Origin: an uncultured Atopobium sp.
GTDB lineage: Bacteria > Actinomycetota > Coriobacteriia > Coriobacteriales > Atopobiaceae
Assembly (NCBI GenBank): GCA_938038135.1
Contig: CALHQT010000031.1
Span: 1 to 33,510 of the forward strand
Direction: 5' to 3'
Length of the DNA stretch: 33,510 nt
Shown here: in pieces, positions 8,761 through 18,536 of the stretch
How the letters are laid out: every line of letters starts with the position of its first letter
Position numbering within the stretch: the stretch's first letter is position 1
Program-made: the position numbers and the translations under genes
Notes under the pieces: generated by a model
The model's database searches: none
What the model saw: only the letters and a program-made list of their open reading frames with translations
Told to the model about the DNA's origin: nothing

Positions 8761-9753
8761 TTAGCTCATCTTAATTCGTGGATCAAGAGCAGCAGCAAAG
8801 AGGTCAGCCAGAAGAGCGCCAACAAGAGTCATTGCGCCAGAGAAAGCTGCAACTGCAACTGCACCGTGAATATTGTTGTTGTTAATACAGTTAATGAAGT
8901 ACTCACCAAGACCGTGAATTGCAAAGACCTTCTCGGTCATAACAGCACCTGTGAAGATACCTGCAAGAGAGAAAGCAACTGAAACAGCGGTTGGAATCAA
9001 AGAAACGCGAAGAGCGTGCTTACGAATTGCCTTCTTACGAGTGAGGCCCTTGGCGCGAGCAGTACGAACATAATCTGCGTGCATCTCGTCAAGTAGGTAG
9101 GTACGCTGAGAGAGATGGTAACCAACGGAACTTACGATAGTAAGAACAATGGTTGGAAGAATAATGTGCTGTAGGAAGTCAATAAGCCAAGTAAAGAAGT
9201 TTCCGGTATCTCCACTAGAAAGATCGGTAACGTAGAAAATACGAGAACCGGCACGTGCATTAATCTCGATTGCTGCAAAAACAATCAAGATTGCCATAAC
9301 AACAGTTGGGATAACAAGCAAAACCGAAGCAACGCCACTTAAGAAACGGTCCTGCCACTGATACTGGCGCTGAGCGGTATAAACACCCAGGCTGACGCCA
9401 ATAACAACAGACAAAATGGTTGCTGGAGTCATAAGCAGAATAGAAGACATGAACCTAGAGCTCATCTCACGGTTAACATTATCGCCCGTTGGAGTCATAC
9501 CAAGATCAAACTTAGTAAGCAGATTGGTAATCCAGACCTGATAACGCTCAATAACTGGAGTCTTATCATTCAGATTAGTCCTATACAGGTTTTCCTCAAT
9601 AGACTCCTGTGGAGGACGTGGAGTACGCTGCTCAAAGTTGGAGCGTGGGTTCATAAACGATGATGCGAGGAAGAATGTGAGTGAAGTTGCAACAAAAATC
9701 ATCACAATGTAGCTCAAAATCCTCTTTGTAACGTACCAAACAAACCGTGCCAT
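8761..9753 (-). CDS. Peptide ABC transporter permease (OppB-like)
   Basis: DYVRTARAKGL, KHALR, EKVFAIHGLG, LDPRI; GAGGAG RBS. Confidence 0.92.
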   Translation of the reverse strand: MARFVWYVTKRILSYIVMIFVATSLTFFLASSFMNPRSNFEQRTPRPPQESIEENLYRTNLNDKTPVIERYQVWITNLLTKFDLGMTPTGDNVNREMSSRFMSSILLMTPATILSVVIGVSLGVYTAQRQYQWQDRFLSGVASVLLVIPTVVMAILIVFAAIEINARAGSRIFYVTDLSSGDTGNFFTWLIDFLQHIILPTIVLTIVSSVGYHLSQRTYLLDEMHADYVRTARAKGLTRKKAIRKHALRVSLIPTAVSVAFSLAGIFTGAVMTEKVFAIHGLGEYFINCINNNNIHGAVAVAAFSGAMTLVGALLADLFAAALDPRIKMS

Positions 9754-10120
9754 TGACTCTCCTCACCGCCTTGCGCTTATCCACCTGATAAGCGAGGTTT
9801 TCTCGGTATGGCAACCTAGCATTCCTACAACAAACATGCTGCAAATACACAGCAAGGTGCAATTTTACCATGGATAAGTTATCTAACCCAAAAAATATCT
9901 CTTAGATATCCAAGATTATGCATACCAATCCCAGTAAAACGTATCCACATATAATGACTGTTTGAATCCAGCGTGCAGGTCACAATCAAATTTGTTTACA
10001 TATGAGAAACGTTATTGAAAATTCTGTTAAGAAGTAAAAGAAAACTACTATCTGTCTCATCCAACTATTTTGCCGTTATTCCCAACAGCAAATTTTCACA
10101 TGCTCCGCAGGCTACGAATA

Positions 10121-10151
10121 AAAAATGCCGAGAAACTCGGGTTTCTCGGCA
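10121..10151 (-). terminator. Intrinsic terminator after secG
   Basis: TGCCGAGAAAC-tcgg-GTTTCTCGGCA stem with T-run on the minus strand. Confidence 0.85.
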
Positions 10152-10177
10152 GGTAATTCAAATATGCAAGCGACTAC

Positions 10178-10429
10178 TTAGCCAATAGCTCCAACAGGGA
10201 ACGTCAAAGCCATCACAATAGCGCAGACCAAGAAGATGGTTGTAGTGATGATGGTAAGGCGATCAAGGTTCTTCTCCATAATGCCTGAACCAGCGCTTGC
10301 GTTATACATAGATGCAGCAATCATGTCAGAAACGCCGGTGCCCTTTCCGGAGTGTGCCAAAACAAGCAGCACCGTCAAAATGCCAGAAAGTACAAACAGC
10401 ACTAAAAGAATTGTATTCAGAACGCCCAC
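10178..10429 (-). CDS. secG: Preprotein translocase subunit SecG
   Basis: Two TM helices, HSGKGTGVSDM, EKNLDRLT; canonical position after tpiA. Confidence 0.92.
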   Translation of the reverse strand: MGVLNTILLVLFVLSGILTVLLVLAHSGKGTGVSDMIAASMYNASAGSGIMEKNLDRLTIITTTIFLVCAIVMALTFPVGAIG

Positions 10430-10484
10430 GAGGTTCCCCCTCTTGCTGGCGAGAAGATCCAGCCCTAGTTATTTTCACGTACAA

Positions 10485-10530
10485 GAGAAAAGAATAGCAC
10501 ACGCCACTCCCCTTTGGGAATGACGTGTGC
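10485..10530 (-). terminator. Intrinsic terminator after tpiA
   Basis: Minus strand GCACACGTCATTCCC-aaag-GGGAGTGGCGTGTGC then TATTCTTTTCT. Confidence 0.75.
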
Positions 10531-10603
10531 CAAGTTGCAAAACAAACAAGAACTTAACAAATGAGCCAAGCGCCTCACCAGTGGTAAGGAACTTTGTCAG
10601 AGT

Positions 10604-11371
10604 TTAGTTCATTGCGCTCTTTACCATTGCAACGAAGGAATCAGCCTTGAGAGATGCACCGCCAACAAGTGCGCCGTCGACGTCCTCTTTCTCGAGGAAG
10701 CCTCCAACGTTCTCTGGCTTAGCAGAGCCACCGTAAAGAATACGGATACCGTCTGCAATTTCTGCGCCAAAAATCTCTACCAGGGTTTTACGGATTGCAC
10801 CGCAGACTTCCTGTGCGTCATCAGCAGTTGCAGTCATACCAGTACCAATTGCCCAGATTGGCTCGTAAGCAATAACGTACTTAGAAGGATCTGTAATCTC
10901 TAGACCCTTGGTATCTGCCTTAATCTGGTCAACAACAAACTGAACGTGAGTTCCGGCGTTACGAACCTCAAGAGACTCGCCGCAGCAAGAAATAGGAACG
11001 ATGTCATGAGCCATCAATGCCTTTGCCTTGCGGTTAATGTCCTCGTCGGTCTCGCCAAAGTAGCCACGACGCTCGGAGTGACCAATGATGCAGTAAGTTG
11101 CACCAACAGAAGTCAGCATTGCTGGAGAGGTCTCACCAGTAAATGCACCAGACTCCTCCCAATACACATTCTGTGCAGAGAGAGCAACAGAAGAGTTGGC
11201 CTGGGTAAGAACCTCAGAGACACCCTTAAGGTCTACAAGAGGTGGAGCAATAACAACATCAACGTTTCCGGTACCGGAAGCAAGCTGATCGACAATTCCC
11301 TGAGCAAGCTCAACGCCCTCAGCGAAAGTCTCATTCATCTTCCAGTTACCTGCGATCATACGATTACGCAT
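10604..11371 (-). CDS. tpiA: Triosephosphate isomerase
   Basis: IAGNWKMN, IIGHSERR, AYEPIWAIGTG, LVGGASL; ATG at 11371 overlaps the pgk stop (ATGCGTAA). Confidence 0.97.
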   Translation of the reverse strand: MRNRMIAGNWKMNETFAEGVELAQGIVDQLASGTGNVDVVIAPPLVDLKGVSEVLTQANSSVALSAQNVYWEESGAFTGETSPAMLTSVGATYCIIGHSERRGYFGETDEDINRKAKALMAHDIVPISCCGESLEVRNAGTHVQFVVDQIKADTKGLEITDPSKYVIAYEPIWAIGTGMTATADDAQEVCGAIRKTLVEIFGAEIADGIRILYGGSAKPENVGGFLEKEDVDGALVGGASLKADSFVAMVKSAMN

Positions 11372-12554
11372 CGAGAAGCGCCTCCACTCCTGGAAGTGCC
11401 TTACCCTCAACGAGCTCCATGGAAGCGCCGCCGCCAGTGGAAATCCAGCTCATCTTGTCAGCAAGGTGGAACTTGTTAACTGCTGCAACGGAATCGCCGC
11501 CGCCGATGATAGAGGTGCAATCAGCATCTGCAACAGCACGAGCAACAGCCTCGGTGCCCTTTGCAAACTGGTCAAACTCAAAGACGCCCATAGGACCATT
11601 CCAGAAGACGGTCTTTGCGCCCTTGATGGCCTCAGAGTAAAGCTCAACAGTCTTAGGACCAATGTCCATACCCATGCGGTCTGCAGGAATCTGATCGGAA
11701 GGAACTACCTCACCAACAGCGTCCTCACCAAAGTGATCGGTAACAACGTTGTCAACAGGAAGCAGAATCTTAACGCCCTTCTCCTCTGCCTTCTTGAGCA
11801 TCTCGCCTGCGCGCTCAATCCAGTCTGGCTCCTGAAGAGAAGTACCAACGGTATAACCCTTTGCCAGGAAGAAGGTGTATGCCATACCGCCACCAATGAT
11901 GAGGGTATCAGCGGAGTCGATAAGGTGATCAAGAACACCAATCTTAGAAGAAACCTTGGAGCCACCAACGATAGCTACAAGTGGGCGCTCTGGGTTAGAG
12001 AAGATAGAGGTAAGAGTGTCAACCTCTTTCTCAAGCAGGAAGCCAGCGTATGCAGGAAGGTAAGCTGCTGGTCCAACAACGGAGCCCTGTGCACGGTGAG
12101 CGGTACCAAAGGCATCAAGAACAAAGATGTCACCATAAGATGCAAGGGTCTTTGCAATCTCTGGATCGTTCTTCTTCTCACGCTTGTCAAAACGGACGTT
12201 CTCAAGAACAAGAACCTCGCCGTCCTTGAGTGCGTCTACAGCCTCACGGGCCTTCTCGCCATACGTGTCCTCAACAAACTTAACCTCGCGGCCAAGAAGC
12301 TCAGCAAGCTTCTCTGCAGCTGGGCGCAGGGAAAGCTCTGGCTGGAAGCCGGTGCCATCTGGACGGCCAAGGTGGCTCATCAGGATGACCTTTGCGTTGT
12401 GGTCGAGAAGATACTGGATGGTTGGAAGTGCAGCGCGAACGCGGGTGTCGTCAGTAACAACGCCGTCCTTTAGAGGCACGTTGAAGTCAACGCGCATAAG
12501 AACGCGCTTACCGTCAACATCTGCATCGCGGACAGTCTTCTTTGTAAAAGCCAT
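11364..12554 (-). CDS. pgk: Phosphoglycerate kinase
   Basis: RVDFNVP, SHLGRP, LENVRF, WNGPMGVFE, GGGDS, ISTGGGAS. Confidence 0.98.
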   Translation of the reverse strand: MAFTKKTVRDADVDGKRVLMRVDFNVPLKDGVVTDDTRVRAALPTIQYLLDHNAKVILMSHLGRPDGTGFQPELSLRPAAEKLAELLGREVKFVEDTYGEKAREAVDALKDGEVLVLENVRFDKREKKNDPEIAKTLASYGDIFVLDAFGTAHRAQGSVVGPAAYLPAYAGFLLEKEVDTLTSIFSNPERPLVAIVGGSKVSSKIGVLDHLIDSADTLIIGGGMAYTFFLAKGYTVGTSLQEPDWIERAGEMLKKAEEKGVKILLPVDNVVTDHFGEDAVGEVVPSDQIPADRMGMDIGPKTVELYSEAIKGAKTVFWNGPMGVFEFDQFAKGTEAVARAVADADCTSIIGGGDSVAAVNKFHLADKMSWISTGGGASMELVEGKALPGVEALLDA

Positions 12555-12577
12555 GTCACTCCTTTAAATACGTTTCC

Positions 12578-12620
12578 AACAAAAGAAGGCGCGATCGCGG
12601 CAGATGCTGCGACCGCGCCT
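12578..12620 (-). terminator. Stem-loop between gap and pgk (partial terminator or mRNA stabiliser)
   Basis: Minus strand AGGCGCGGTCGCAGCA..TGCCGCGATCGCGCCT followed by TCTTTTGTT. Confidence 0.7.
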
Positions 12621-12642
12621 AAGGCGTCTATGTAACTAGAAC

Positions 12643-13668
12643 TTAAGCAACGAACTTCTCGAAGTACTTGATGGTGCGGACCATCTGAGAAGTGTAGGAG
12701 TTCTCGTTGTCGTACCAAGAGGTAACCTGAACAAGAGTGGTGCCATCGCCAAGGTCAGAGCACATGGTCTGAGTTGCGTCGAAGATGGAGCCGTGGGTCT
12801 CGCCGACGATATCGCGGGAAACGATGTCATCCTCGTTGTAACCAAAGGTCTCTGGGATGGTCTCTGCATATGCCTTCATTGCAGCGTTGACCTCGTCAAC
12901 GGTGACCTTCTTGTCAACAACAGCATAGAGGTTGGTGAGGGAGCCAGTTGGCGTAGGAACGCGCTGAGCAGCACCAATGAGCTTGCCGTTGAGCTCAGGA
13001 AGAACAAGGCCAATAGCCTTAGCAGCACCGGTGGAGTTAGGAACGATGTTCTCTGCACCAGCACGGGAACGACGGAAGTTACCCTTGCGCTGTGGGCCGT
13101 CGAGAATCATCTGATCACCAGTGTATGCGTGAATGGTGGTCATGATACCGGACTTGATAGTTGCGAAATCGTTAAGACCCTTTGCCATAGGAGCAAGGCA
13201 GTTGGTGGTGCAGGAAGCTGCGGAGATGATGTTGTCATCTGCAGTGAGGGTCTCGTGGTTAACGTTGAAGACAATGGTTGGGAGGTCATTGCCTGCAGGA
13301 GCAGAAATGACAACCTTCTTAGCACCAGCGTTGATGTGAGCCTGTGCCTTGTCCTTAGAAGTGTAGAAACCGGTGCACTCAAGAACAACGTCAACGTTGA
13401 GATCGCCCCAAGGCAGGTTGTTAGCGTCTGCCTCCTTGTAAATAACAATCTCGTGACCGTCAACGATGATGGAGTGGTCAGTTGCCTCTACCTTGTGATC
13501 GCGGGAATAGTTGCCCTGAGTAGAGTCATACTTCAGAAGATATGCAAGCATCTCTGGAGAAGTAAGGTCGTTGATTGCAACAATCTCGGAACCCTCGTGA
13601 CCAAACATCTGCCTAAATGCAAGGCGACCAATGCGGCCAAAACCGTTAATAGCAACCTTTACTGCCAT
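12643..13668 (-). CDS. gap: Type I glyceraldehyde-3-phosphate dehydrogenase
   Basis: [32 protein letters not shown] before ATG 13668. Confidence 0.98.
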   Translation of the reverse strand: MAVKVAINGFGRIGRLAFRQMFGHEGSEIVAINDLTSPEMLAYLLKYDSTQGNYSRDHKVEATDHSIIVDGHEIVIYKEADANNLPWGDLNVDVVLECTGFYTSKDKAQAHINAGAKKVVISAPAGNDLPTIVFNVNHETLTADDNIISAASCTTNCLAPMAKGLNDFATIKSGIMTTIHAYTGDQMILDGPQRKGNFRRSRAGAENIVPNSTGAAKAIGLVLPELNGKLIGAAQRVPTPTGSLTNLYAVVDKKVTVDEVNAAMKAYAETIPETFGYNEDDIVSRDIVGETHGSIFDATQTMCSDLGDGTTLVQVTSWYDNENSYTSQMVRTIKYFEKFVA

Positions 13669-13760
13669 ACGTAATGCTCCTTTCGGTGACCCAGAGCCAT
13701 TCTCCGGATTCATTAACATTTAAACCGTACACCGAGTATTTTACCGCACTCGCCGATAAC

Positions 13761-14729
13761 TTATGCATCTTTTTCTAAATCCTGAACGATTTTTTCCAAA
13801 CGAAGCAATCGGTGATACATGGCGGACTTGGATACGGGTGGTACAAACGACTCCCCCAGCGCTGATAATGACAGCTCAGGGTTATCTTTTCGTGCAAGAC
13901 AAAAATCTCTGACCGCTGGCGGCAGAGCTCTGAGTCCAATGAGTTTCTCGGCCTTTTCTATGAGCGCTAACTGATCTGCCGCTGCATTTGAAGAGCGTGT
14001 TTGATTTGCCATCTCTGCGTTGACAACTCGGTTTACGTTGTTGCGATAATGCTTTTGCACACGCGTAAACGCGATAGCGCGCGCCATAGTTGGCGCACCA
14101 ATCTCTCGCAAAAACTTGATGATATCGTCAGAGCTCTTAAGGTAGACAGCATAAATTTCTCTGGTACGCATGAGCGCATTGGTATGACGGTTACGATGAT
14201 TAAGGCGTGCCTTTACACCAATGGATCCCATAAGTTTTACCAGCTCAGTGGCAAATCTTTCTCCCGAGACAGCAATCTCTAAGTGAAAATCTTTTAAGGG
14301 ATCAGCCAAAAATCCACCCGCCATAAACGCTCCGCGCAAAAAGGCTCGCTGCGCTTGCTTGGTGCGAATAACACTCTTTGGAATGCCACTTACCAGGCCT
14401 TCTCCCGGTATATAAATGCCAAGAGCGGAAAGCGCTTCTGCAAGCGAATCCTGGTTAGAAATCTCAAGCAAATAGTTGCGTTTTTTATGCATGATAGAGC
14501 GACGGTACTCAACGGAAGTACCCAGATCAAACAGACGGCGAGAAGAACTAATAACTGTTCGGGCTACCGTGCCTGTCTCGGTAACAATGCGAACGGCAAA
14601 TTTGCCAGGACCGTGCATCGATAACGTTCCAGAAACACGAATAAGCGCAGAAAGCTGGGCTAATTCACAGTCCGTCTGAATTTCTGGTACGCTGACCAGC
14701 TCATTTTTAACCAAGGCAGTATAGGACAT
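13761..14729 (-). CDS. whiA: DNA-binding protein WhiA
   Basis: AFLRGAFMAGG, VNRVVNAEMAN, NPELSLSALG, VSKSAMYHRL; position upstream of gap. Confidence 0.93.
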   Translation of the reverse strand: MSYTALVKNELVSVPEIQTDCELAQLSALIRVSGTLSMHGPGKFAVRIVTETGTVARTVISSSRRLFDLGTSVEYRRSIMHKKRNYLLEISNQDSLAEALSALGIYIPGEGLVSGIPKSVIRTKQAQRAFLRGAFMAGGFLADPLKDFHLEIAVSGERFATELVKLMGSIGVKARLNHRNRHTNALMRTREIYAVYLKSSDDIIKFLREIGAPTMARAIAFTRVQKHYRNNVNRVVNAEMANQTRSSNAAADQLALIEKAEKLIGLRALPPAVRDFCLARKDNPELSLSALGESFVPPVSKSAMYHRLLRLEKIVQDLEKDA

Positions 14730-14742
14730 GACAGACTAACTT

Positions 14743-15660
14743 CTACTCAGCCTGCTGAGACTTCTTCTGAGCCGCATCAAGATCGCGATGGAACAGCGTT
14801 ACGCGATAACCCTGGTCAGTCAGATGTTCTGCGGTGGCACGCGCAATAGCAACGCTTCTATGCTGGCCACCCGTGCAACCTACCGCAATAGAGAGCAAGC
14901 TTTTGCCTTCCTGCACATAGCCAGGCATTACTACATCAAGCAGCTCAAACCAAGACTTAAGGAATTTCTTAGTAGTGCCATGCTGAAGGACAAACTGAGC
15001 TACTGGCTCATCAAGACCGGTAAGTGGTCTGAGCTCTGGATCATAGTAAGGATTAGGCAGGAATCGCACGTCAATCATAAGGTCAGCCTCAACGGGCAAA
15101 CCATTTTTGAAGCCAAAGGAAAACACGCTAACATCCATAAGCTGCTGTTCAGCAAGCTCTGAAAATGCACGACGAAGGCGGCTCTTGAGCGTATTAGTAC
15201 GCATAGACGAGGTGTCTAGGACCACATCTGCCAGCGCTTTTATGTCTTGAAGCTGTGCGCGCTCCCTAGAAATTGCAGATGAGAGATTTTCTCCCTCCTG
15301 CGCTAAAGGATGACGACGGCGATTCTCGCTATAGCGACGCATAAGTACTTCGTCTGAGGAGTCCAGATAAACAATCTTGTAGGTGAGCTCGTGATCTGCA
15401 AGAGACTTCAGAGCTTCAGAGATGTCATCAAAAAGACCTTGCGAGCGCAAATCGCAGGTAACAGCCAAGTGGCGACCAACACCCGTATTAATGCCCACAA
15501 GGTTAGAAAGCTGCAAAATAAGAGCTGGTGGCAGGTTATCAATACAGAAATAACCCATGTCCTCAAACACATGAAGCGCCTGCGTACGACCCGATCCAGA
15601 CATACCCGTAATAATGACAATGTCGGGAATAACTGAAGATGTAGGATCGTTTTTCTTCAC
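14743..15660 (-). CDS. rapZ: RapZ/YvcJ P-loop nucleotide-binding protein
   Basis: ITGMSGSGRT, GYFCIDNLP, RRRHPL, SFGFKNGLP, DVRFLPNP, GCTGGQHRSV. Confidence 0.96.
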   Translation of the reverse strand: MKKNDPTSSVIPDIVIITGMSGSGRTQALHVFEDMGYFCIDNLPPALILQLSNLVGINTGVGRHLAVTCDLRSQGLFDDISEALKSLADHELTYKIVYLDSSDEVLMRRYSENRRRHPLAQEGENLSSAISRERAQLQDIKALADVVLDTSSMRTNTLKSRLRRAFSELAEQQLMDVSVFSFGFKNGLPVEADLMIDVRFLPNPYYDPELRPLTGLDEPVAQFVLQHGTTKKFLKSWFELLDVVMPGYVQEGKSLLSIAVGCTGGQHRSVAIARATAEHLTDQGYRVTLFHRDLDAAQKKSQQAE

Positions 15661-15706
15661 AGGCGCTCCTTAAATACGTGACGAGAAAACCTTACCGCTC
15701 CAAGCG

Positions 15707-16396
15707 TTAATCCTCAAGTGCTGCAGCAAACCAAGAGGTAATTGAAGTTGGATGTGTAATGGCTGTACCTGAAACAACCGCCCATGCGCCTGCATCAAGA
15801 GCATCTTTTGCGTCTTGTGGTGTGTGGACGTGGCCCTCGCAAATAATGGCAATACCTGGGAATTCAGTAGTTGCCTGCTGGAGAAGGGCAATATCAGGGC
15901 CATCATCAAGCGTTGTATCAATAGCGGCCTTGTTGTGAGAGAGCGTAGTTGAAACGAGGTCACAACCAGCGGCAACAGCGCGACGGATGTCATCCATAGT
16001 CATGCAGTCAGCCATGATTAGTACGTCAGACTCTGAGCGAAGTACTGCAACAGTCTCTTCAAAGGTTCTACCATCAGGCCTTGGACGGTCTGTTGCATCT
16101 AAGGCAACAACATCTGCGCCAGCGTGAATACAAGCACGCGCATGACGAAGCGTAGGAGTAATGTAGACGCCTTCGTGACCCTCTTTCCAGAGGCCAATAA
16201 CAGGAATTTCAACCCTACCCTTAATGGCAGAAATATCAGACAAACCCTGGCACCTAATAGCTGCAGCGCCGCCAAGCTCACAAGCGCGAGCAATCTGAGC
16301 CATGGTCTCTGGATGCCTCATAGGCTCACCAGGATACGCCTGGACGCTGACAATGAGTTTTCCTTTAAGTGACTCAACAAGCTCTGAATGTGCCAC
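15707..16396 (-). CDS. nanE: N-acetylmannosamine-6-phosphate 2-epimerase
   Basis: LIVSVQAYPGEP, PVIGLWK, VYITPT, DATDRPRP, VSGTAIT; GAGGAG RBS before GTG 16396. Confidence 0.94.
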   Translation of the reverse strand: MAHSELVESLKGKLIVSVQAYPGEPMRHPETMAQIARACELGGAAAIRCQGLSDISAIKGRVEIPVIGLWKEGHEGVYITPTLRHARACIHAGADVVALDATDRPRPDGRTFEETVAVLRSESDVLIMADCMTMDDIRRAVAAGCDLVSTTLSHNKAAIDTTLDDGPDIALLQQATTEFPGIAIICEGHVHTPQDAKDALDAGAWAVVSGTAITHPTSITSWFAAALED

Positions 16397-16490
16397 AGTA
16401 TTCTCCTCACAAGAATGTACGTACATTAAAGGTGTGTGTCTTTGCAGCGTGTCTGGTCAGCAAGCAATTTGCCTGCTGATATGCTTCTGC

Positions 16491-17480
16491 TTAAAGACGT
16501 GTCTCTAAATAGCCAGGTAGAACAAGGTTTTCTGCAGCTCCAATAAGAGGAGCTTCTCCACCAAGCGTACCCTTCACAAGAGGCGTTGCCTGAACGGGAG
16601 GCATTGCCTGCAGCTTAAATGCAGCTTCAAGCGCCTCGTGCCAGTACTTGCCGCACTCTGCAACGGAGCCAGACAGAATGATGACAGAAGGGTCAAGCAT
16701 GTTACACATGCTGCCCAGAACCTCGCCAAGTGCGCGGCCCGAGCGCTCCTCTGCAGCCTGAGCGATCTTCTCGCCAGCAAGAGCTCTGCGGTCAATCTCT
16801 GCGCCATCAAGAGCGGAGCCGTCTTCAAGCGTGTCGGAGCCACCAAGGCGGACGTACTCGCGAATAATGCCAGGACCTGCGGAAACAGGCTCAAGGTGAG
16901 AAGTTCCACCACAAGGACAATCAACGCCTGCAGCTGCTGGAGTTGCAACGTGACCAATGTGACCAGCCTCGTCGTGAGCACCCAGCATCAAGATGCCGTG
17001 GTTCACAAAGGCGCCACCAATGCCCGTGCCAACAGCTACGGTTAAAACGCTATCTTTGCCGTGGCCAGCACCGTGACGAGCCTCGCCCAGAGCGTGAGCA
17101 TGAACGTCATTAAGAACGCTGCACGGAAGGCCAAATTCGCTGATAACTGCTGCGCCAAGAGCGGTTCCGCCCCAGCCGGGCATAAGCTCATTTGCGTAAG
17201 TGATGTCGCCCATACGAGGGTCAACAACACCAGCAGAAGAAATGCCGACGCCAGAGATAGTAAGACCCAGCTCTTCTGCGCGAGCAAGTGCCTCTCTAAT
17301 TGCCTGGAGAACGGTGGCAAGAACCTGCTTGCCACCCTCTTTTGCGTTAGTTGGGACCTTTTTTACGGACTGGACGTTTGGAGCGTCAGTGCCGTTAAGG
17401 ATGACTATGCCACAGGCAATTTTTGTACCGCCAATATCAACAGCACAAACATGTGTTGGAGAAACAAACTTAGAGTCCAT
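16491..17480 (-). CDS. nanK: ROK-family sugar kinase, probable ManNAc kinase
   Basis: VDIGGTKI, NDVHAHALGE, VGTGIGG, EAGHIGH, CPCGGTSHLE; between nanA and nanE. Confidence 0.85.
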   Translation of the reverse strand: MDSKFVSPTHVCAVDIGGTKIACGIVILNGTDAPNVQSVKKVPTNAKEGGKQVLATVLQAIREALARAEELGLTISGVGISSAGVVDPRMGDITYANELMPGWGGTALGAAVISEFGLPCSVLNDVHAHALGEARHGAGHGKDSVLTVAVGTGIGGAFVNHGILMLGAHDEAGHIGHVATPAAAGVDCPCGGTSHLEPVSAGPGIIREYVRLGGSDTLEDGSALDGAEIDRRALAGEKIAQAAEERSGRALGEVLGSMCNMLDPSVIILSGSVAECGKYWHEALEAAFKLQAMPPVQATPLVKGTLGGEAPLIGAAENLVLPGYLETRL

Positions 17481-17495
17481 GGTGTCCCCTCTTGT

Positions 17496-18419
17496 TTAGA
17501 GAAGGCCGTTTGCAATAAGAACCTGCTTGATTGCCTCACGGTTCTGGCCATCAAGTGGCTTGACTGGACGAGGCATCTGGTCAGAATCAAAGATTCCCAT
17601 GAGGTTAAGTGCGCACTTGAATGCGCCAACGCCAGCACCATAGCCCTGAACGCCTGTAGTGACATCAAAGATGTGGGAAATCTCGTTGAGTCGGTCCTGC
17701 TCACGCTTGACCTCTGCCCAGTTACCTTCCTGAGCTGCCTTCCACATACGGACGTAGCCCTCTGGCTCAACATTAGCAAGACCAGGAACGGAACCGTCAG
17801 CGCCAGAGAGAAGAGCGCCGTCAACAACAATCTCGTGGCCAGTCAAAAGAGTTAGAGGGTGACCGTTCTTCTCGTTCTCCTGAACAAGATACCTGAAAGA
17901 AACGTCATCGCCAGAAGAGTCCTTAACGCCTGCAAGAACACCCTCTGTGCCCAGACGAGCAAGCATCTTCCAAGGAAGTTTAGTGTGAACGCAGACAGGA
18001 ATGTCATACGCAAACAGAGGTGCGTCCAGCTCCTGGTGGAGAATGCGGAAGTGCTCCTCAACATCAGCTGGGCCGCCAAGTGCGTAGAAAGGAGCGGTTG
18101 CTACAAGAGCATCTGCGCCCAGTGCGAGGGCACGGCGACCATGCTCCAAGACGCGCTCGGTCTCGGTATCAATGATGCCCACAAGGACCGGAACGCGGTG
18201 GTCAACAATGCGAACAGCCTCGCGAACAATCTGATCACGGCGCTCATCAGTTGCAAAGACAACCTCGCCAGAAGAGCCAAGGAAGAACAGGCCGTCTACG
18301 CCAGCCTCAATGAGACGATTAATAGAGCGCTCAAACGACACAACATCAAGCTGATGGTCTGGGGTATCTGGGGTTACAACTGGTGGAACAACACCGCTAA
18401 ATGGTACGTTACTGGACAT
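17496..18419 (-). CDS. nanA: DapA-family lyase, probable N-acetylneuraminate lyase
   Basis: GSSGE, YDIP (catalytic Tyr), GVKDSSG (Schiff-base Lys); context with nanK/nanE. Confidence 0.85.
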   Translation of the reverse strand: MSSNVPFSGVVPPVVTPDTPDHQLDVVSFERSINRLIEAGVDGLFFLGSSGEVVFATDERRDQIVREAVRIVDHRVPVLVGIIDTETERVLEHGRRALALGADALVATAPFYALGGPADVEEHFRILHQELDAPLFAYDIPVCVHTKLPWKMLARLGTEGVLAGVKDSSGDDVSFRYLVQENEKNGHPLTLLTGHEIVVDGALLSGADGSVPGLANVEPEGYVRMWKAAQEGNWAEVKREQDRLNEISHIFDVTTGVQGYGAGVGAFKCALNLMGIFDSDQMPRPVKPLDGQNREAIKQVLIANGLL

Positions 18420-18536
18420 GCTTTATCCTTTCACACGTTGGAAAATCCAACTGGTTTCATACAACAATGTACTGAAGTAGCCGACCAAAGCATTGATCAA
18501 AAGCAACTTCAAAGAACCTACGTAATTATAGTCCGC

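Noticed and set aside
11364..11410. Programmed pgk-tpi frameshift fusion as in Thermotoga
   Set aside because: Ordinary 8-nt overlap with an upstream GGAGG RBS and no slippery sequence
11466..13674. Long plus-strand ORFs opposite pgk and gap (also 4078..4929, 22002..23009, 24822..25991)
   Set aside because: Antisense shadows of strongly codon-biased genes; no recognisable motifs
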